A stretch of DNA of 63,250 bases, counting the filler, from Stramenopiles sp. TOSAG23-6 (lineage: Eukaryota): NCBI GenBank assembly GCA_900128565.1. It is 11 parts of 11 records of this genome, joined end to end, with 100 filler letters (N's around TTAATTAATTAA, not from the genome) between each part and the next. Parts side by side here need not be neighbours in the genome. Positions count along the whole stretch, not along the records: positions 1 to 6,135 come from LT636768.1; positions 6,236 to 12,363 come from LT636769.1; 9 more parts are not named here. One strand, given 5' to 3'. Below the pieces are notes generated by a model. It had not been told where the DNA came from and ran no database searches. It saw only the letters and a list, made by a program, of their open reading frames with translations. Shown here piece by piece: positions 1 through 12,463 of the stretch. Both the position numbers and the translations under genes were made by a program. Within the stretch, counting starts at the first letter, position 1. Every line of letters starts with the position of its first letter.

Positions 1-4
1 TAAC

Positions 5-116
5 GTATGTTTTATTTTTTTGAAAATTTGAATTTTTTTTTTTTAGTTTTCATACGAAATTTTGTACCTAACAAAATGTTTTTGATTTTTTTTTGAAATA
101 TTTTTCCAAAATACAT
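5..116 (+). mobile_element. Family A repetitive non-canonical intron (GT...AT)
   Basis: GTATGTTTT start, CATACGAAATTTTGTACCTAAC core, CCAAAATAC-AT end; the following base (117) begins the longest open frame (TISCIQP...). Confidence 0.65.
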
Positions 117-3100
117 ACAATTTCATGTATACAACCAACATTAAACACTACTTTCAGTGATATACAATTGGTGAACCGGGTATCCAGACAACCAAAGATT
201 CCAGGACGTCATCGAAAACATGGAACAGATTTGGCAAGAATAATATATGTTTTTTTTTTTTTGCCCGGATACAAAAAAATTTGATGTGAAAAAATGGTAT
301 TTATCCCCCGTAGCTGATGATAGAATAGACGATTATCCCCAACAACAACAACAACAACAAATGCATGACGTATCATCTATGGATCATGCATCTTTGGGAC
401 ATCATATTCGAAATACTGATCCATATGCAAATAACTCTAATCGAAATGAATTAAATATATCTCAAGGTACGAAATTTGGTATGGATTTGAGTAGTCAAAG
501 ATTTGTATCACAACATGTTATGGACCCTAATGGTAGAAAGCGTTCTAATTCTGATTCATCTAATTCTTATCACGAGTATAAACAACATTGTGAAAATTTA
601 ATCACACAAGTTGAACGCCTCGATTCGTATGAGGAAAAAATGTTTGATTTTCAAGGTGTTAGAGCTCGTGTACGAAAAGGTGCATATAAAAAACAACATG
701 GATTTACTGATGCTATAAAACGTGTCATAGAAAAAGTACGAAAGAAAGAAGAAGAGCACCAGAACGAGAAGTTTTTTAGAGCCACTGAAGTGTTGGAGGA
801 ATTCAAAAAATTATTAAAGAATTTTCGTAGTGATATGAATCATTTAAAAAAACAGGGGTATAGTGATCAAATATATCCCATAAGTCAAAAAAAACGTATG
901 AGAATGTATGTTTTATATGAATTTCTAATTTAATTTTTGTTTCACACGAAATTTCATACTAAACGATTTTTTTTTTGAAATATTTTTTCACTATATATGA
1001 CGCATCATGGAGGAGATGTCATTCATGGTACTCATCAATATGGATATGAGGATACTCGTAGATGGTCTTCAACAAGCAGTTCGATTAACAATGATGCAAT
1101 CAGTAATAATTATTGTTATGAAGATGATAGGCATCAGTTTGAAAATTCATCAAACATGAATCGATACAATCAAGGAATTCGACCTTCGAGTGGACTTAAA
1201 ATTAAGATTGATCGTGCTCATGCTACAGACATTATTAACCTACAACACCACCCTTCATCCGCACGTTCAACGAGCAGTCGTCAAAGCTATGTGGATGAGA
1301 TCCAACAACAGCAGTTCGAACAACAACTACAACAACAACAATTACAACAACAACAACAACAACAACAACAACTATTACAACAACAACAACAACAGCAACA
1401 ACAACAATTCCAGCTTCAGCAACAACAACAACTAAAAGAAAAAATGCGTAGAGAGCAACAGCGGGTGTTACAACAACATAAACATTCATATGTAAATCAG
1501 AGAAAATCGGAGTCTCACAGAAGACCGACTGTTCGCAGTGCTCAACAAAACACGAATTCTTCGAATAACTCTAACAAAATGTATCAGAAAGTTCCTGTCG
1601 TATTATTACTCGGAGCTCCATGCTGTGGTAAAGGAACACAAGGTAAAATATTACAAAGTGCTCTGCGGTGGCATTATGTATCATGTGGTGAAGAATTGCG
1701 TAAAGCACGAGTCATCAGCGCGAATGCTCATGCGATAAAAAATTTGGCACGTCTAGAGAATGATCCAAATTCGAAATCAGAAGCTTATGTCTTGCGGTGT
1801 CGAATTATTGATGAATTATTAAAGCGTCAATGTCTTCGTGCTTGCTTAGTAGAAAGTAATTATGCTGGCTTAGTGATTGATGGGTGCCGAACTGTAGAAC
1901 AAGCGAGGGCAATGGAGCAGACACTATCATGTATCAAAGGTCTCCCACCCCTAAAAATTCAGATTGTTGTAACTTTGCATGTACCGAAGGAAATTGTAAA
2001 AGAAAGAACATTTGATCGATGGATACATGCTCCAAGTGGTCGTATTTACAGCAAAACCATACGACCTCCAAAAAACCCTGGGTTTGATGACGTCACCGGT
2101 GAACGTCTTACCCAAAGAAGTGACAATGATATGTGGGGAAAAAGACACGATTTTTATATAGAAAAACTTGAAGATGTACAAAATTATTTTGTAAAAAGAG
2201 GCGCCTTATTATTAAATGTTGATGCTACATCAACGCCATTGAATGTTCATTCTAAAGTTACCAATGTAATCAATCTAGGTTTATATAATCGGAAAATAAA
2301 ACTTTCTCTTCCGGGTGAAGCCGCTTTATGCAGTCGTCCTCGATTGGCTCATTCATCAGCTTTACCTTCTTGGAACAAAGCTAATGGTGGTGGATGTCTT
2401 ATTTTATGTCGCAAACCACTTGCTGATTTAATAATTAGAGCTTTAGCTGAAGTTGATGAAACTCCTTTAAAACTTTCTCAGAATACGAATATACCTACAA
2501 CAGAAGTGTCAACATCACTTAGGAAAACACTTGCCTGGCCTATTACGCAAAATCCTGAGCGACTGCGTGATTTTTTAGTAGATGTTGCTTCTAGTAACAA
2601 AAATATTTCTGTTGTGCAACAAACTGTTCAGCTTGGAGAATGTTTAGGTTTACAATCATTATTACGCGAATCAACTGATATGAGTGCTTATTTTGGTACT
2701 GTCACTGGATTAAAAACGTTTGAAAATGGTGTTCAATTTGGAAAAATTTCATATAACCCTAACCCAGATGAACCTTTAAATGAACCTTTAAATGAACCTT
2801 TAAATGAGCATTTAAATGAGCATTCAGGAATAGTGAAAGAAATAGAGTTTAGTATGGATGAAGTTCGAACACCTACCATTGATATCACAAAAGATATGGA
2901 GGTTTCGTTTAATATTGTATCTAGACAGGGGAAAGATTGGGCTGTTAACATTGAAATTTGGGATGAAAAAAAAGTGAATATTTTAGATGTTTTAGAAAAT
3001 GAAAATAATGAAATTTGGAATCTTGAAAAGACGAAAAATACAAAAAATGATACGATGGACAAATTAGATCCTAAAGATTTGGAATCGACGACGGTTACAA

Positions 3101-4230
3101 CAGATAGAAATTTGATTAATTCTGGCCATTCTTTTGATTTGACTACGAGACTCTCAGACAAACACGAATTACCAAAGAGTGATACGATGATGGTTAAAAA
3201 TAATGTAGCTGATGAAACATGTACTCGTAACCCTAACCCTAATGATACAATTGGAGTTGAACAAAGTTCAATTAATACGGAATTAACTACAGAAAATGAA
3301 AACCTTTCCGTAGATGGTGAAAATCACAAAAATAATAAGAACAATGAAACATTGAAATCAGTGATGGATGATTCTAAAACAATAATGAATAAAGAGATAA
3401 AAAACAATGAAACACAAAATACTACAAAAACAATGAATGACGATACAAATCAAGAAATAACGACTAAAAAATTATTTGAGAATAATGGAAAAGATATCCA
3501 ACCATCTTCAAATTGTGATGAAAAAACTGGAAAAACTGAAAAATCGAAAACGAATAAAGAAATATGGTGTGGTTTGCTCACATTTGGATTAAAATTACCT
3601 CAAGTTGTTCTCCCCAGTGGTGTCTTTCAAGCCGAAGATTCGGGACATTCTCTAAATTGCGCAGCGCGAGAATTGAAGAAACATCTTGGCATCGTTTTAG
3701 AATCAAAAATTTGGACTAGTACGACACAACAATATTTACGACAAAAACAATTAAATCCAAAATATGGTACATTAGAGTTATATAGAGATTCGGTTAGTCA
3801 ACCCAAGCATCGCGTTTATTATATTTTATTACCAGAGGCAAAAGATGCTATTGTCAGTGTTTTGTATGATAAAGATGGCCGGCGTATCATTCGAATATCA
3901 ACAAAACATCCAGCGTCTAGTTCAACAGTTACATCAACAAAAAGTCGATCAACAATAAAAAAAAATGAAAAACAGCCTAATTGGGTTGTTAAAACTGTGG
4001 ACGGTGTGCACTTCTTTTATAATATGCATAAAAAAGTATTTGTCTCTCATACATTACCTCAAGAATGGATAGCAGCAGGATGGCAAATTGCTTGTCAGAG
4101 TGCTGGTACAATGTTGTATTGGTTTAATAAAATATCACAAGAGTCTGAATGGAGAGCAGGCGATAATGCAAAATCACCACCAGGATTTGAACCGCACCCG
4201 GATCATAAAGAAGTGAAAATCCCAAATTAA
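117..4230 (+). CDS. 5'-partial multidomain protein: low-complexity/polyQ N-terminus, adenylate kinase-like domain, putative cold-shock/OB-like and degenerate Nudix-like segments, WW-like C-terminus
   Basis: ORFs 247-933 and 997-4230 join in frame after removing 906-998. P-loop GAPCCGKGTQ, VIDG motif and ADK lid RWIHAPSGRIY...PPKNPGFDDVTGERLTQRSD. Unresolved frame change near 250-280. Confidence 0.8.
906..998 (+). mobile_element. Family A non-canonical intron (GT...AT), 93 nt
   Basis: aga at|GTATGTTTT...CACTATAT-AT|g acg gives KKRMR-M-THHG and removes an in-frame stop; flanking AT duplicated. Confidence 0.8.
1303..1431 (+). repeat. (CAA)n microsatellite encoding polyglutamine
   Basis: Imperfect CAA run translated as polyQ in ORF 997-4230. 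Confidence 0.9.
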
Positions 4231-4842
4231 AAAACTTTTCTTAAATAGTAGGATTTGAACCGCCGCGTTCATAACAGAATCAGAGGGAAGACATCTAGAG
4301 AGTAAGATTTGAATAAATAAGGATAATTTCTCTAGAAAAGTAGGACTTATTTTGGTTAGTTGAAGCCCTAATCCTATTTATTATCTCTGTAGGGTGATGT
4401 CGTGTTTGGTTTTATTTTGATTGGATTGTTGTCAAATCATATGTGAAGATGAAACATAATTTTATTCTTGTTTTGCTGGTGTAAAGAGTAAAAGCAGTTG
4501 TATGTTTTTATAAATATAGTATTAAGCTATTTCTTGTTTTTCACATTTTTTGAATTTTTTGATTACTATTATTTTTTTTTCTAAACAGGGCATTTGTTTT
4601 CGCTAAAGTTTCATTATTATTGTAGAGCTTGTATAGGCCCAGTAAGACATGAAAAATGTCGGTCATTGTATTGTAAATGATCAACTTTATCATATATCTA
4701 GTATTGTTGAAGAAGTACAAGATAAGTGATTTCAACAAATTGCACTAAAAATGATCATAATGCTAATGTATAAAAATTCGAATATGATGATGGAAAATAT
4801 ATTTGTGTATTACGACTACATTTAATTGAATAATAAAAACAT

Positions 4843-5879
4843 CTAAACAATACCGCTCTCACCTGTAGTTAAATTCACATTTTCATATAACCCATTCAAA
4901 TGTTCATTCATTTTCTCAAGTAACACGAAATCCTGTATTTCTTTTGGTTTTTCAATTTCTAATTTAATAGCTCCTTTTATATTTCTGTATAAAGCTGCTT
5001 TTTGGTATGAGTTTCCTGCTGTTTGTGCTAATAATGCTGTAACTGTTGTATTCAATCTAAGAAGTTTTTGTATTTCTTTAATTTCTGAATTTAGAATTTG
5101 TCTTCTTTCATGAAACCAATTCCAAAAATTTGGACTTTGCACGAAATATAGTAAAAGTTGAAACCAAGTTGAATTTCGTCCAGTTCCACAAATAGCCGCA
5201 ATATTTGGCATTTTCTGTGGATTTATTGTTTTTTTTTTCATATTTGATAAAAATAAATCAATTTCAAATTTAGGTATCAGATGTGTAGGATTTTCATACG
5301 GTCCAAAACCAGTCGATCCAAACCCTAACCCTAATGATATATTTTTACTGACATTTTGGGTATTTGAATGCATTGAAAAAAATGATGCTGAGCTACCAAT
5401 ACCTCCTGGAACGTACATTTTTTTATGTCGTGTTTTTTTGGAAATTTGAAAAAAGGGTTCAAATGGTAGTAATAATTCTGTAGTTAAATGTCTAAAATGT
5501 GATTTTAAAATTTTAGTATTAATCGAACAAAATGGATCTATGGACAAACCTGTTACAGATTGTACAGTAGTATCTGAATGTATGGATGAGGATGATGACG
5601 TATTGCTTCTGGTACTTTTATTATTACTCATACTTATTGGATAGGAAAATGATGAATTTCTTTGTGATTTTTGTGATGGTATTTTATCTTGTAGATTTCG
5701 TGATTGTTTTGAAAATGATGAACTTATTCTTTTCCGTATATTTCGTGTTGTTGTAGGTTTTTTTAATAATTGTTTCATAATAGTTTTATAAGGTGAAACT
5801 ACAGGCAAATTACGACATATAAGATATGCTCTATATGAATGTAATTTATTATCTGATTGTGAACTACCTGCAACAGCCC
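4843..5879 (-). CDS. DENND6: DENND6/FAM116-like protein, last exon (5'-partial)
   Basis: ILKSHFRHLTTELLLPFEPF and WFQLLLYFVQSPNFWNWFHERR resemble the DENND6 C-terminal region as I recall it; exon is preceded by a family A-like 3' end (CACATTAT-TT). Confidence 0.7.
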
Positions 5880-5972
5880 AAATAATGTGAAAAAATATGT
5901 TCCCATTCAAAATTTGTTACATTCAAGATTTTGAAAGGTTTTGAAAGGAAAACATGGAAATTGAAAAAATAT

Positions 5973-6135
5973 ATACATTTGAACAATACATTTGAACAAT
6001 ATATTTGAACAATACATTTGAACAATATATTTGAACAATAGATTTGAACAATACATTTGAACAATATATTTGAACAATACATTTGAACAATACATTTGAA
6101 CAATACATTTGAACAATACATTTGAACAATACATT
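5973..6135. repeat. 13-bp minisatellite (TTTGAACAATACA) inside the intron upstream of the DENND6-like exon
   Basis: About 12 tandem units with C/T/G variants, running into the contig end. Confidence 0.9.
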
Positions 6136-6235
6136 NNNNNNNNNNNNNNNNNNNNNNNNNNNNNNNNNNNNNNNNNNNNTTAATTAATTAANNNNNNNNN
6201 NNNNNNNNNNNNNNNNNNNNNNNNNNNNNNNNNNN
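6136..6235. other. Artificial contig spacer N44-TTAATTAATTAA-N44 (also at 12364, 18588, 24811, 31033, 37255, 43477, 49699, 55921, 62143)
   Basis: Identical 100-nt linker with stops in all six frames between every contig. Confidence 0.98.
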
Positions 6236-6241
6236 TTTACC

Positions 6242-6272
<31 letters not shown>

Positions 6273-6346
6273 CGTAAAAAAATTTCATACCTAACAAATT
6301 TGTACCAAAAAAAAAAAAAAATGAAAAATATTTTTGTACTCTTCAG

Positions 6347-7977
6347 GGTCGTTTATTTCAAGTAACATTACCTAATGATTGTAAAGCTGGTTCTCAATTT
6401 CAAGTGAATATACCTAAAATTCCTAAAATACAAAAAAACATATCACCTACAAATGTTACTCCAAATCATTCAGATAATAATAATGACAATCAAATTGATC
6501 AAATGGATCAAAATCAAAATCAAAATAGTTTTGATACTTTTGTATGTTTTTTTTTTTTTTTTTCAAAAATTTTTAAATTTTTTCAAAAAAAAAAATGTGA
6601 AATATTTTTCGTAGTTAATTTTGTACCTAACCAAAAAAACAAAAAACAAATTCAATATTTTTCAACAGTATTTGATTCAGTGAGTGACGTCAGACAATGG
6701 ACACATAAAACAATGGACAAACATACAACAAAAGAAAATGTTGATACCAAAATAGAATTAAATAATGATGAAATTGAAAAAAATAATGAAAGTGAAAAAA
6801 ATGATGAAATTGAAAAAAATGATATTTTTTCTTCCTCTTTTTCAGAATTAAGTACAGATTTTACTACGGAAACATCTTCTAGTAGTAGTGAAGAGAATGA
6901 ACATATTGATGATTCAATCGGTATACAAACACAAAATCAACACAAAACAATGATTTCAGGAATAATCAAGGCAAAACAAAAAATCAAAAATAAACTTGAA
7001 AAAAATAAAAGAAATAAAAAAAATAAAAAANATAAACAACATAAAAAAAATAAAAATTCAATGAAACAAAATGTTACACATAAAGATGAAACAAAAGTGG
7101 ATTTGATACCATTTGATCCATCAACAAAAATCCGACCTAAAACAATTGAAAAATTAATTGAACAAAAAATTGAACAAAAAATTCTTGATGATGAAAACCC
7201 TACCCCTAATGACACAACAGAAATTAAAAATGTCACAACAGAACTTGATATTGTATGGACAAATGCTTCAGCAAGAGAAGCAACACAACATTCTTTAGAG
7301 TCTTTAGGTTCTTTAGGTACAGATGTATCTTCATTAGGGTTAGGGTTTGAACAAAATGATGATGATGATTCAATCACTTTGAATCATCAAAATAAACAAA
7401 ATATATCAGAAAACACGAAATCAGAACCATCAACGAAATTACAAATTGAAGGAGAACAACAAAAAATACAAAAAAAACAAAAAATACAAAAAATACAAAA
7501 TCAAAAAAAAATTAAAAAATCAAAAAAATCATTATCAAAATTAAGAAGTGTTAGTAAACGAGTAAAATCAGCGAAAAAAACGTTAAGTGCTTTTCAACGG
7601 ATGCATTTGTACGTTTTTATTTTCATCATTTTTTTTTTTTTTTTTTTTTTTTNNNNNNNNNNNNNNNNNNNNNNNNNNNNNNNNNNNNNNNNNNNNNNNN
7701 NNNNNNNNNNNNNNNNNNNNNNNNNNNNNNNNNNNNNNNNNTTTACACTATAGAAAGATAAAAAATGAATGTATGGAATTCTTGAAAAAAAGAGCAAAAC
7801 ATGCATTATCAAGGCATTTGCCATTAGTATATTTACGAAAACGTGTTCAACATGAACGATTACGTTTAGGTACAAAACTGCTTTTACAAAAAGATGGACG
7901 TACACAAATTGATTATTTCATAAAAATGGCAAAAGCTGAAGCTGTTTGTTTTCATCATGAAATATTTAAAATTTTAA

Positions 7978-8008
<31 letters not shown>

Positions 8009-8623
8009 AATTTTTTTTTTTTTTTTTTTTTTTTTTTGTACGAAATTTCATACCTAACAAATTTTTGTATTAAAAAACATATTTTTCACAGTACATGTCA
8101 TGCGTTTACGTAAACATCAAAGAAAACAAGATAAAATGAAACACGAATTAACCGAAATTGCTATAAAATTTCGTAGATTATTAGTGAAAAAAGAAAAATG
8201 TAAATTTTTTATACGATCAAAAATCAAACACGCAAAACATCAATTTGTTCGTTTTCATTCAAAATTTCAAGTTTTTTTTTTTTGTTTAAGTACAAAATGT
8301 CGTACCAAAATTCAAGTGTTCAATCATTTCATTTTTTTTCCCTACACATTAAAAAAAAAAAAAGACAGATCTATTTATAGTTTAAATTTTTCATACAAAA
8401 TTTCATACCTAACAATTTTCTTACATTTTTTAAATATTTATATACGAGATATGCAGCTTTAACGTACCTACAAGACCGTGTACAACATGCAAATTGTCAA
8501 TTTGATGCGATAGAATACTTATTGAAACGAGTCCAACATGAAAAAGATTGTGTACAAAATAAGAAGTATTTAAATATTCGTGGTTTACATGTATGTTTTT
8601 ATTTTCATATTTTTATTTTCATA

Positions 8624-8658
<35 letters not shown>

Positions 8659-9065
8659 TTTCATTCATCTAAAAAAAAACATACTTGACATATTTTTTCA
8701 AAATACATTCAAAACGTCAATATTTTGCATTATATAAATTGCATAAAATAGCAAATAAAAATATACACAAGTGGTATAGGGAATATTTATATGAAATGTT
8801 TGGTGAAAATTCAAGAAGTTTGAACGTATGTTGATTTTTTATCAATGTGTTTTTGAAAAAAAAATTAAAATTTTTTTTTCGTACGAAATTTTGTACCTAA
8901 CAATTTTTTTTAATTTTTTAAAAATATGTTTGACAAAAAATGATAAAGAATTTAAAAGAGAACGTGAATTTTTATATACAATGAGAGATGAGTATGAAAG
9001 ACGTACACATGATATAACTCGACGGTTTCCTATGCCTGTAAAGCCACCAAATATCATTGAAATTT
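6347..9065 (+). CDS. Unknown multi-exon K/N/E-rich protein with repeated R-V-Q-H-type helical segments (partial at both ends)
   Basis: Exons ~6347-6541, 6674-7608, ~7754-7943, 8097-8246, ~8448-8590, 8709-8825, 8930-9065, mostly joined in frame by removal of family A elements; 8247-8447 is unresolved. Confidence 0.6.
6542..6673 (+). mobile_element. Family A non-canonical intron (GT...TT), 132 nt
   Basis: act ttt|GTATGTTTT...GTACCTAAC...AACAGTAT-TT|gat tca; TT duplicated; using the CAG at 6666-6668 gives a frameshift and stop. Confidence 0.7.
7609..7753 (+). mobile_element. Family A-like intron with internal N gap; 3' end ambiguous (could be TAG)
   Basis: GTACGTTTTT start; ...TTTACACTATAG end restores frame (L-KIKNECMEF), as would an end 3 nt earlier. 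Confidence 0.5.
7944..8096 (+). mobile_element. Family A non-canonical intron (GT...AT)
   Basis: gaa gct|GTTTGTTTTCATC...GTACGAAATTTCATACCTAAC...CACAGTAC-AT|gtc atg cgt; the CAG alternative is out of frame. Confidence 0.75.
8247..8447 (+). mobile_element. One or two family A elements, possibly flanking a micro-exon
   Basis: GTTCGTTTTC start, two core-like motifs and an ATAC-GA end; single removal does not restore frame and the mirror copy differs here. Confidence 0.45.
8591..8708 (+). mobile_element. Family A non-canonical intron (GT...AT)
   Basis: tta cat|GTATGTTTTT...CAAAATAC-AT|tca aaa cgt opens a 39-codon exon; AT duplicated. Confidence 0.75.
8826..8929 (+). mobile_element. Family A non-canonical intron (GT...GT)
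   Basis: ttg aac|GTATGTTG...GTACGAAATTTTGTACCTAAC...AAAATAT-GT|ttg aca aaa is in frame. Confidence 0.7.
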
Positions 9066-9207
9066 GTATGTTTTTTTTGAAATTTTTTTTGAAATTTTTT
9101 TTGAAATTTTTTTTTGAAATTTTTTTTGAAATTTTTTTTTTTTATTATCGAAAAAAAAAAAAAAAATTCATACCTAACAAATTTTTACAAAAAAAAAAAA
9201 ATTTTTT
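9066..9207 (+). mobile_element. Family A element truncated at the fold-back centre, with internal (T)nGAAA tandem expansion
   Basis: GTATGTTTT start, CATACCTAAC core, then the sequence inverts. Confidence 0.65.
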
Positions 9208-9349
9208 AAAAAATTTTTTTTTTTTTGTAAAAATTTGTTAGGTATGAATTTTTTTTTTTTTTTTCGATAATAAAAAAAAAAAATTTCAAAAAAAATTTCA
9301 AAAAAAAATTTCAAAAAAAATTTCAAAAAAAATTTCAAAAAAAACATAC

Positions 9350-9756
9350 AAATTTCAATGATATTTGGTGGCTTTACAGGCATAGGAAACCGTCGAGTTA
9401 TATCATGTGTACGTCTTTCATACTCATCTCTCATTGTATATAAAAATTCACGTTCTCTTTTAAATTCTTTATCATTTTTTGTCAAACATATTTTTAAAAA
9501 ATTAAAAAAAATTGTTAGGTACAAAATTTCGTACGAAAAAAAAATTTTAATTTTTTTTTCAAAAACACATTGATAAAAAATCAACATACGTTCAAACTTC
9601 TTGAATTTTCACCAAACATTTCATATAAATATTCCCTATACCACTTGTGTATATTTTTATTTGCTATTTTATGCAATTTATATAATGCAAAATATTGACG
9701 TTTTGAATGTATTTTGAAAAAATATGTCAAGTATGTTTTTTTTTAGATGAATGAAA

Positions 9757-9791
<35 letters not shown>

Positions 9792-10025
9792 TATGAAAAT
9801 AAAAATATGAAAATAAAAACATACATGTAAACCACGAATATTTAAATACTTCTTATTTTGTACACAATCTTTTTCATGTTGGACTCGTTTCAATAAGTAT
9901 TCTATCGCATCAAATTGACAATTTGCATGTTGTACACGGTCTTGTAGGTACGTTAAAGCTGCATATCTCGTATATAAATATTTAAAAAATGTAAGAAAAT
10001 TGTTAGGTATGAAATTTTGTATGAA

Positions 10026-10073
<48 letters not shown>

Positions 10074-12252
10074 GGTGGGGAAAAAAAACTATAAATAGAT
10101 CTGTCTTTTTTTTTTTTTAATGTGTAGGGAAAAAAAATGAAATGATTGAACACTTGAATTTTGGTACGACATTTTGTACTTAAACAAAAAAAAAAAACTT
10201 GAAATTTTGAATGAAAACGAACAAATTGATGTTTTGCGTGTTTGATTTTTGATCGTATAAAAAATTTACATTTTTCTTTTTTCACTAATAATCTACGAAA
10301 TTTTATAGCAATTTCGGTTAATTCGTGTTTCATTTTATCTTGTTTTCTTTGATGTTTACGTAAACGCATGACATGTACTGTGAAAAATATGTTTTTTAAT
10401 ACAAAAATTTGTTAGGTATGAAATTTCGTACAAAAAAAAAAAAAAAAAAAAAAAAAAATTTAAATTTNNNNNNNNNNNNNNNNNNNNNNNNNNNNNNNNN
10501 NNNNNNNNNNNNNNNNNNNNNNNNNNNNNNNNNNNNNNNNNNNNNNNNNNNNNNNNAAAAAAAAAAAAAAAAAAAAAAAAATTAAAATTTTAAATATTTC
10601 ATGATGAAAACAAACAGCTTCAGCTTTTGCCATTTTTATGAAATAATCAATTTGTGTACGTCCATCTTTTTGTAAAAGCAGTTTTGTACCTAAACGTAAT
10701 CGTTCATGTTGAACACGTTTTCGTAAATATACTAATGGCAAATGCCTTGATAATGCATGTTTTGCTCTTTTTTTCAAGAATTCCATACATTCATTTTTTA
10801 TCTTTCTATAGTGTAAANNNNNNNNNNNNNNNNNNNNNNNNNNNNNNNNNNNNNNNNNNNNNNNNNNNNNNNNNNNNNNNNNNNNNNNNNNNNNNNNNNN
10901 NNNNNNNNNNNNNNNNNNNNNNNNNNNNNNNNNNNNNNNNNNNNNNAAAAAAAAAAAAAAAAAAAAAAAATGATGAAAATAAAAACGTACAAATGCATCC
11001 GTTGAAAAGCACTTAACGTTTTTTTCGCTGATTTTACTCGTTTACTAACACTTCTTAATTTTGATAATGATTTTTTTGATTTTTTAATTTTTTTTTGATT
11101 TTGTATTTTTTGTATTTTTTGTTTTTTTTGTATTTTTTGTTGTTCTCCTTCAATTTGTAATTTCGTTGATGGTTCTGATTTCGTGTTTTCTGATATATTT
11201 TGTTTATTTTGATGATTCAAAGTGATTGAATCATCATCATCATTTTGTTCAAACCCTAACCCTAATGAAGATACATCTGTACCTAAAGAACCTAAAGACT
11301 CTAAAGAATGTTGTGTTGCTTCTCTTGCTGAAGCATTTGTCCATACAATATCAAGTTCTGTTGTGACATTTTTAATTTCTGTTGTGTCATTAGGGGTAGG
11401 GTTTTCATCATCAAGAATTTTTTGTTCAATTTTTTGTTCAATTAATTTTTCAATTGTTTTAGGTCGGATTTTTGTTGATGGATCAAATGGTATCAAATCC
11501 ACTTTTGTTTCATCTTTATGTGTAACATTTTGTTTCATTGAATTTTTATTTTTTTTATGTTGTTTATNTTTTTTATTTTTTTTATTTCTTTTATTTTTTT
11601 CAAGTTTATTTTTGATTTTTTGTTTTGCCTTGATTATTCCTGAAATCATTGTTTTGTGTTGATTTTGTGTTTGTATACCGATTGAATCATCAATATGTTC
11701 ATTCTCTTCACTACTACTAGAAGATGTTTCCGTAGTAAAATCTGTACTTAATTCTGAAAAAGAGGAAGAAAAAATATCATTTTTTTCAATTTCATCATTT
11801 TTTTCACTTTCATTATTTTTTTCAATTTCATCATTATTTAATTCTATTTTGGTATCAACATTTTCTTTTGTTGTATGTTTGTCCATTGTTTTATGTGTCC
11901 ATTGTCTGACGTCACTCACTGAATCAAATACTGTTGAAAAATATTGAATTTGTTTTTTGTTTTTTTGGTTAGGTACAAAATTAACTACGAAAAATATTTC
12001 ACATTTTTTTTTTTGAAAAAATTTAAAAATTTTTGAAAAAAAAAAAAAAAAACATACAAAAGTATCAAAACTATTTTGATTTTGATTTTGATCCATTTGA
12101 TCAATTTGATTGTCATTATTATTATCTGAATGATTTGGAGTAACATTTGTAGGTGATATGTTTTTTTGTATTTTAGGAATTTTAGGTATATTCACTTGAA
12201 ATTGAGAACCAGCTTTACAATCATTAGGTAATGTTACTTGAAATAAACGACC
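9350..12252 (-). CDS. Mirror copy of the unknown K/N/E-rich gene
   Basis: Reverse complement of 6347-9065 apart from gap sizes and a local indel. Confidence 0.5.
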
Positions 12253-12326
12253 CTGAAGAGTACAAAAATATTTTTCATTTTTTTTTTTTTTTGGTACAAA
12301 TTTGTTAGGTATGAAATTTTTTTACG

Positions 12327-12357
<31 letters not shown>

Positions 12358-12463
12358 GGTAAANNNNNNNNNNNNNNNNNNNNNNNNNNNNNNNNNNNNN
12401 NNNNNNNTTAATTAATTAANNNNNNNNNNNNNNNNNNNNNNNNNNNNNNNNNNNNNNNNNNNN

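Larger units (their letters stand above)
6236..12363. repeat. Fold-back (inverted-duplicated) contig, centre ~9207/9208
   Basis: Mirror ORFs (6404-7753+ vs 10798-12195-; 8828-9241+ vs 9174-9587-). Confidence 0.95.

Noticed and set aside
245-274. 30-nt mini-intron ATATG...GGATAC-AA to explain the frame change between ORFs 93-284 and 247-933
   Set aside because: Removal is in frame and still hits TGA at 282; a homopolymer length error or another structure is more likely. Unresolved.
1190-1489. Poly-N and poly-V ORFs
   Set aside because: Alternative frames of the (CAA)n polyQ tract.
997-4230. Alternative genetic code or ciliate-type IES excision
   Set aside because: Long ORFs read cleanly in the standard code; elements are nearly all sense-oriented and lack consistent TA pointers, which favours RNA-level removal. 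DNA-level excision is not formally excluded.
5864-6134. ORFs such as MYCSNVLFKCIVQ... and a possible CRISPR-like array
   Set aside because: Translations of a 13-bp minisatellite with no unique spacers.
6180-6191. TTAATTAATTAA as a biological motif
   Set aside because: Six-frame stop linker embedded in N runs.
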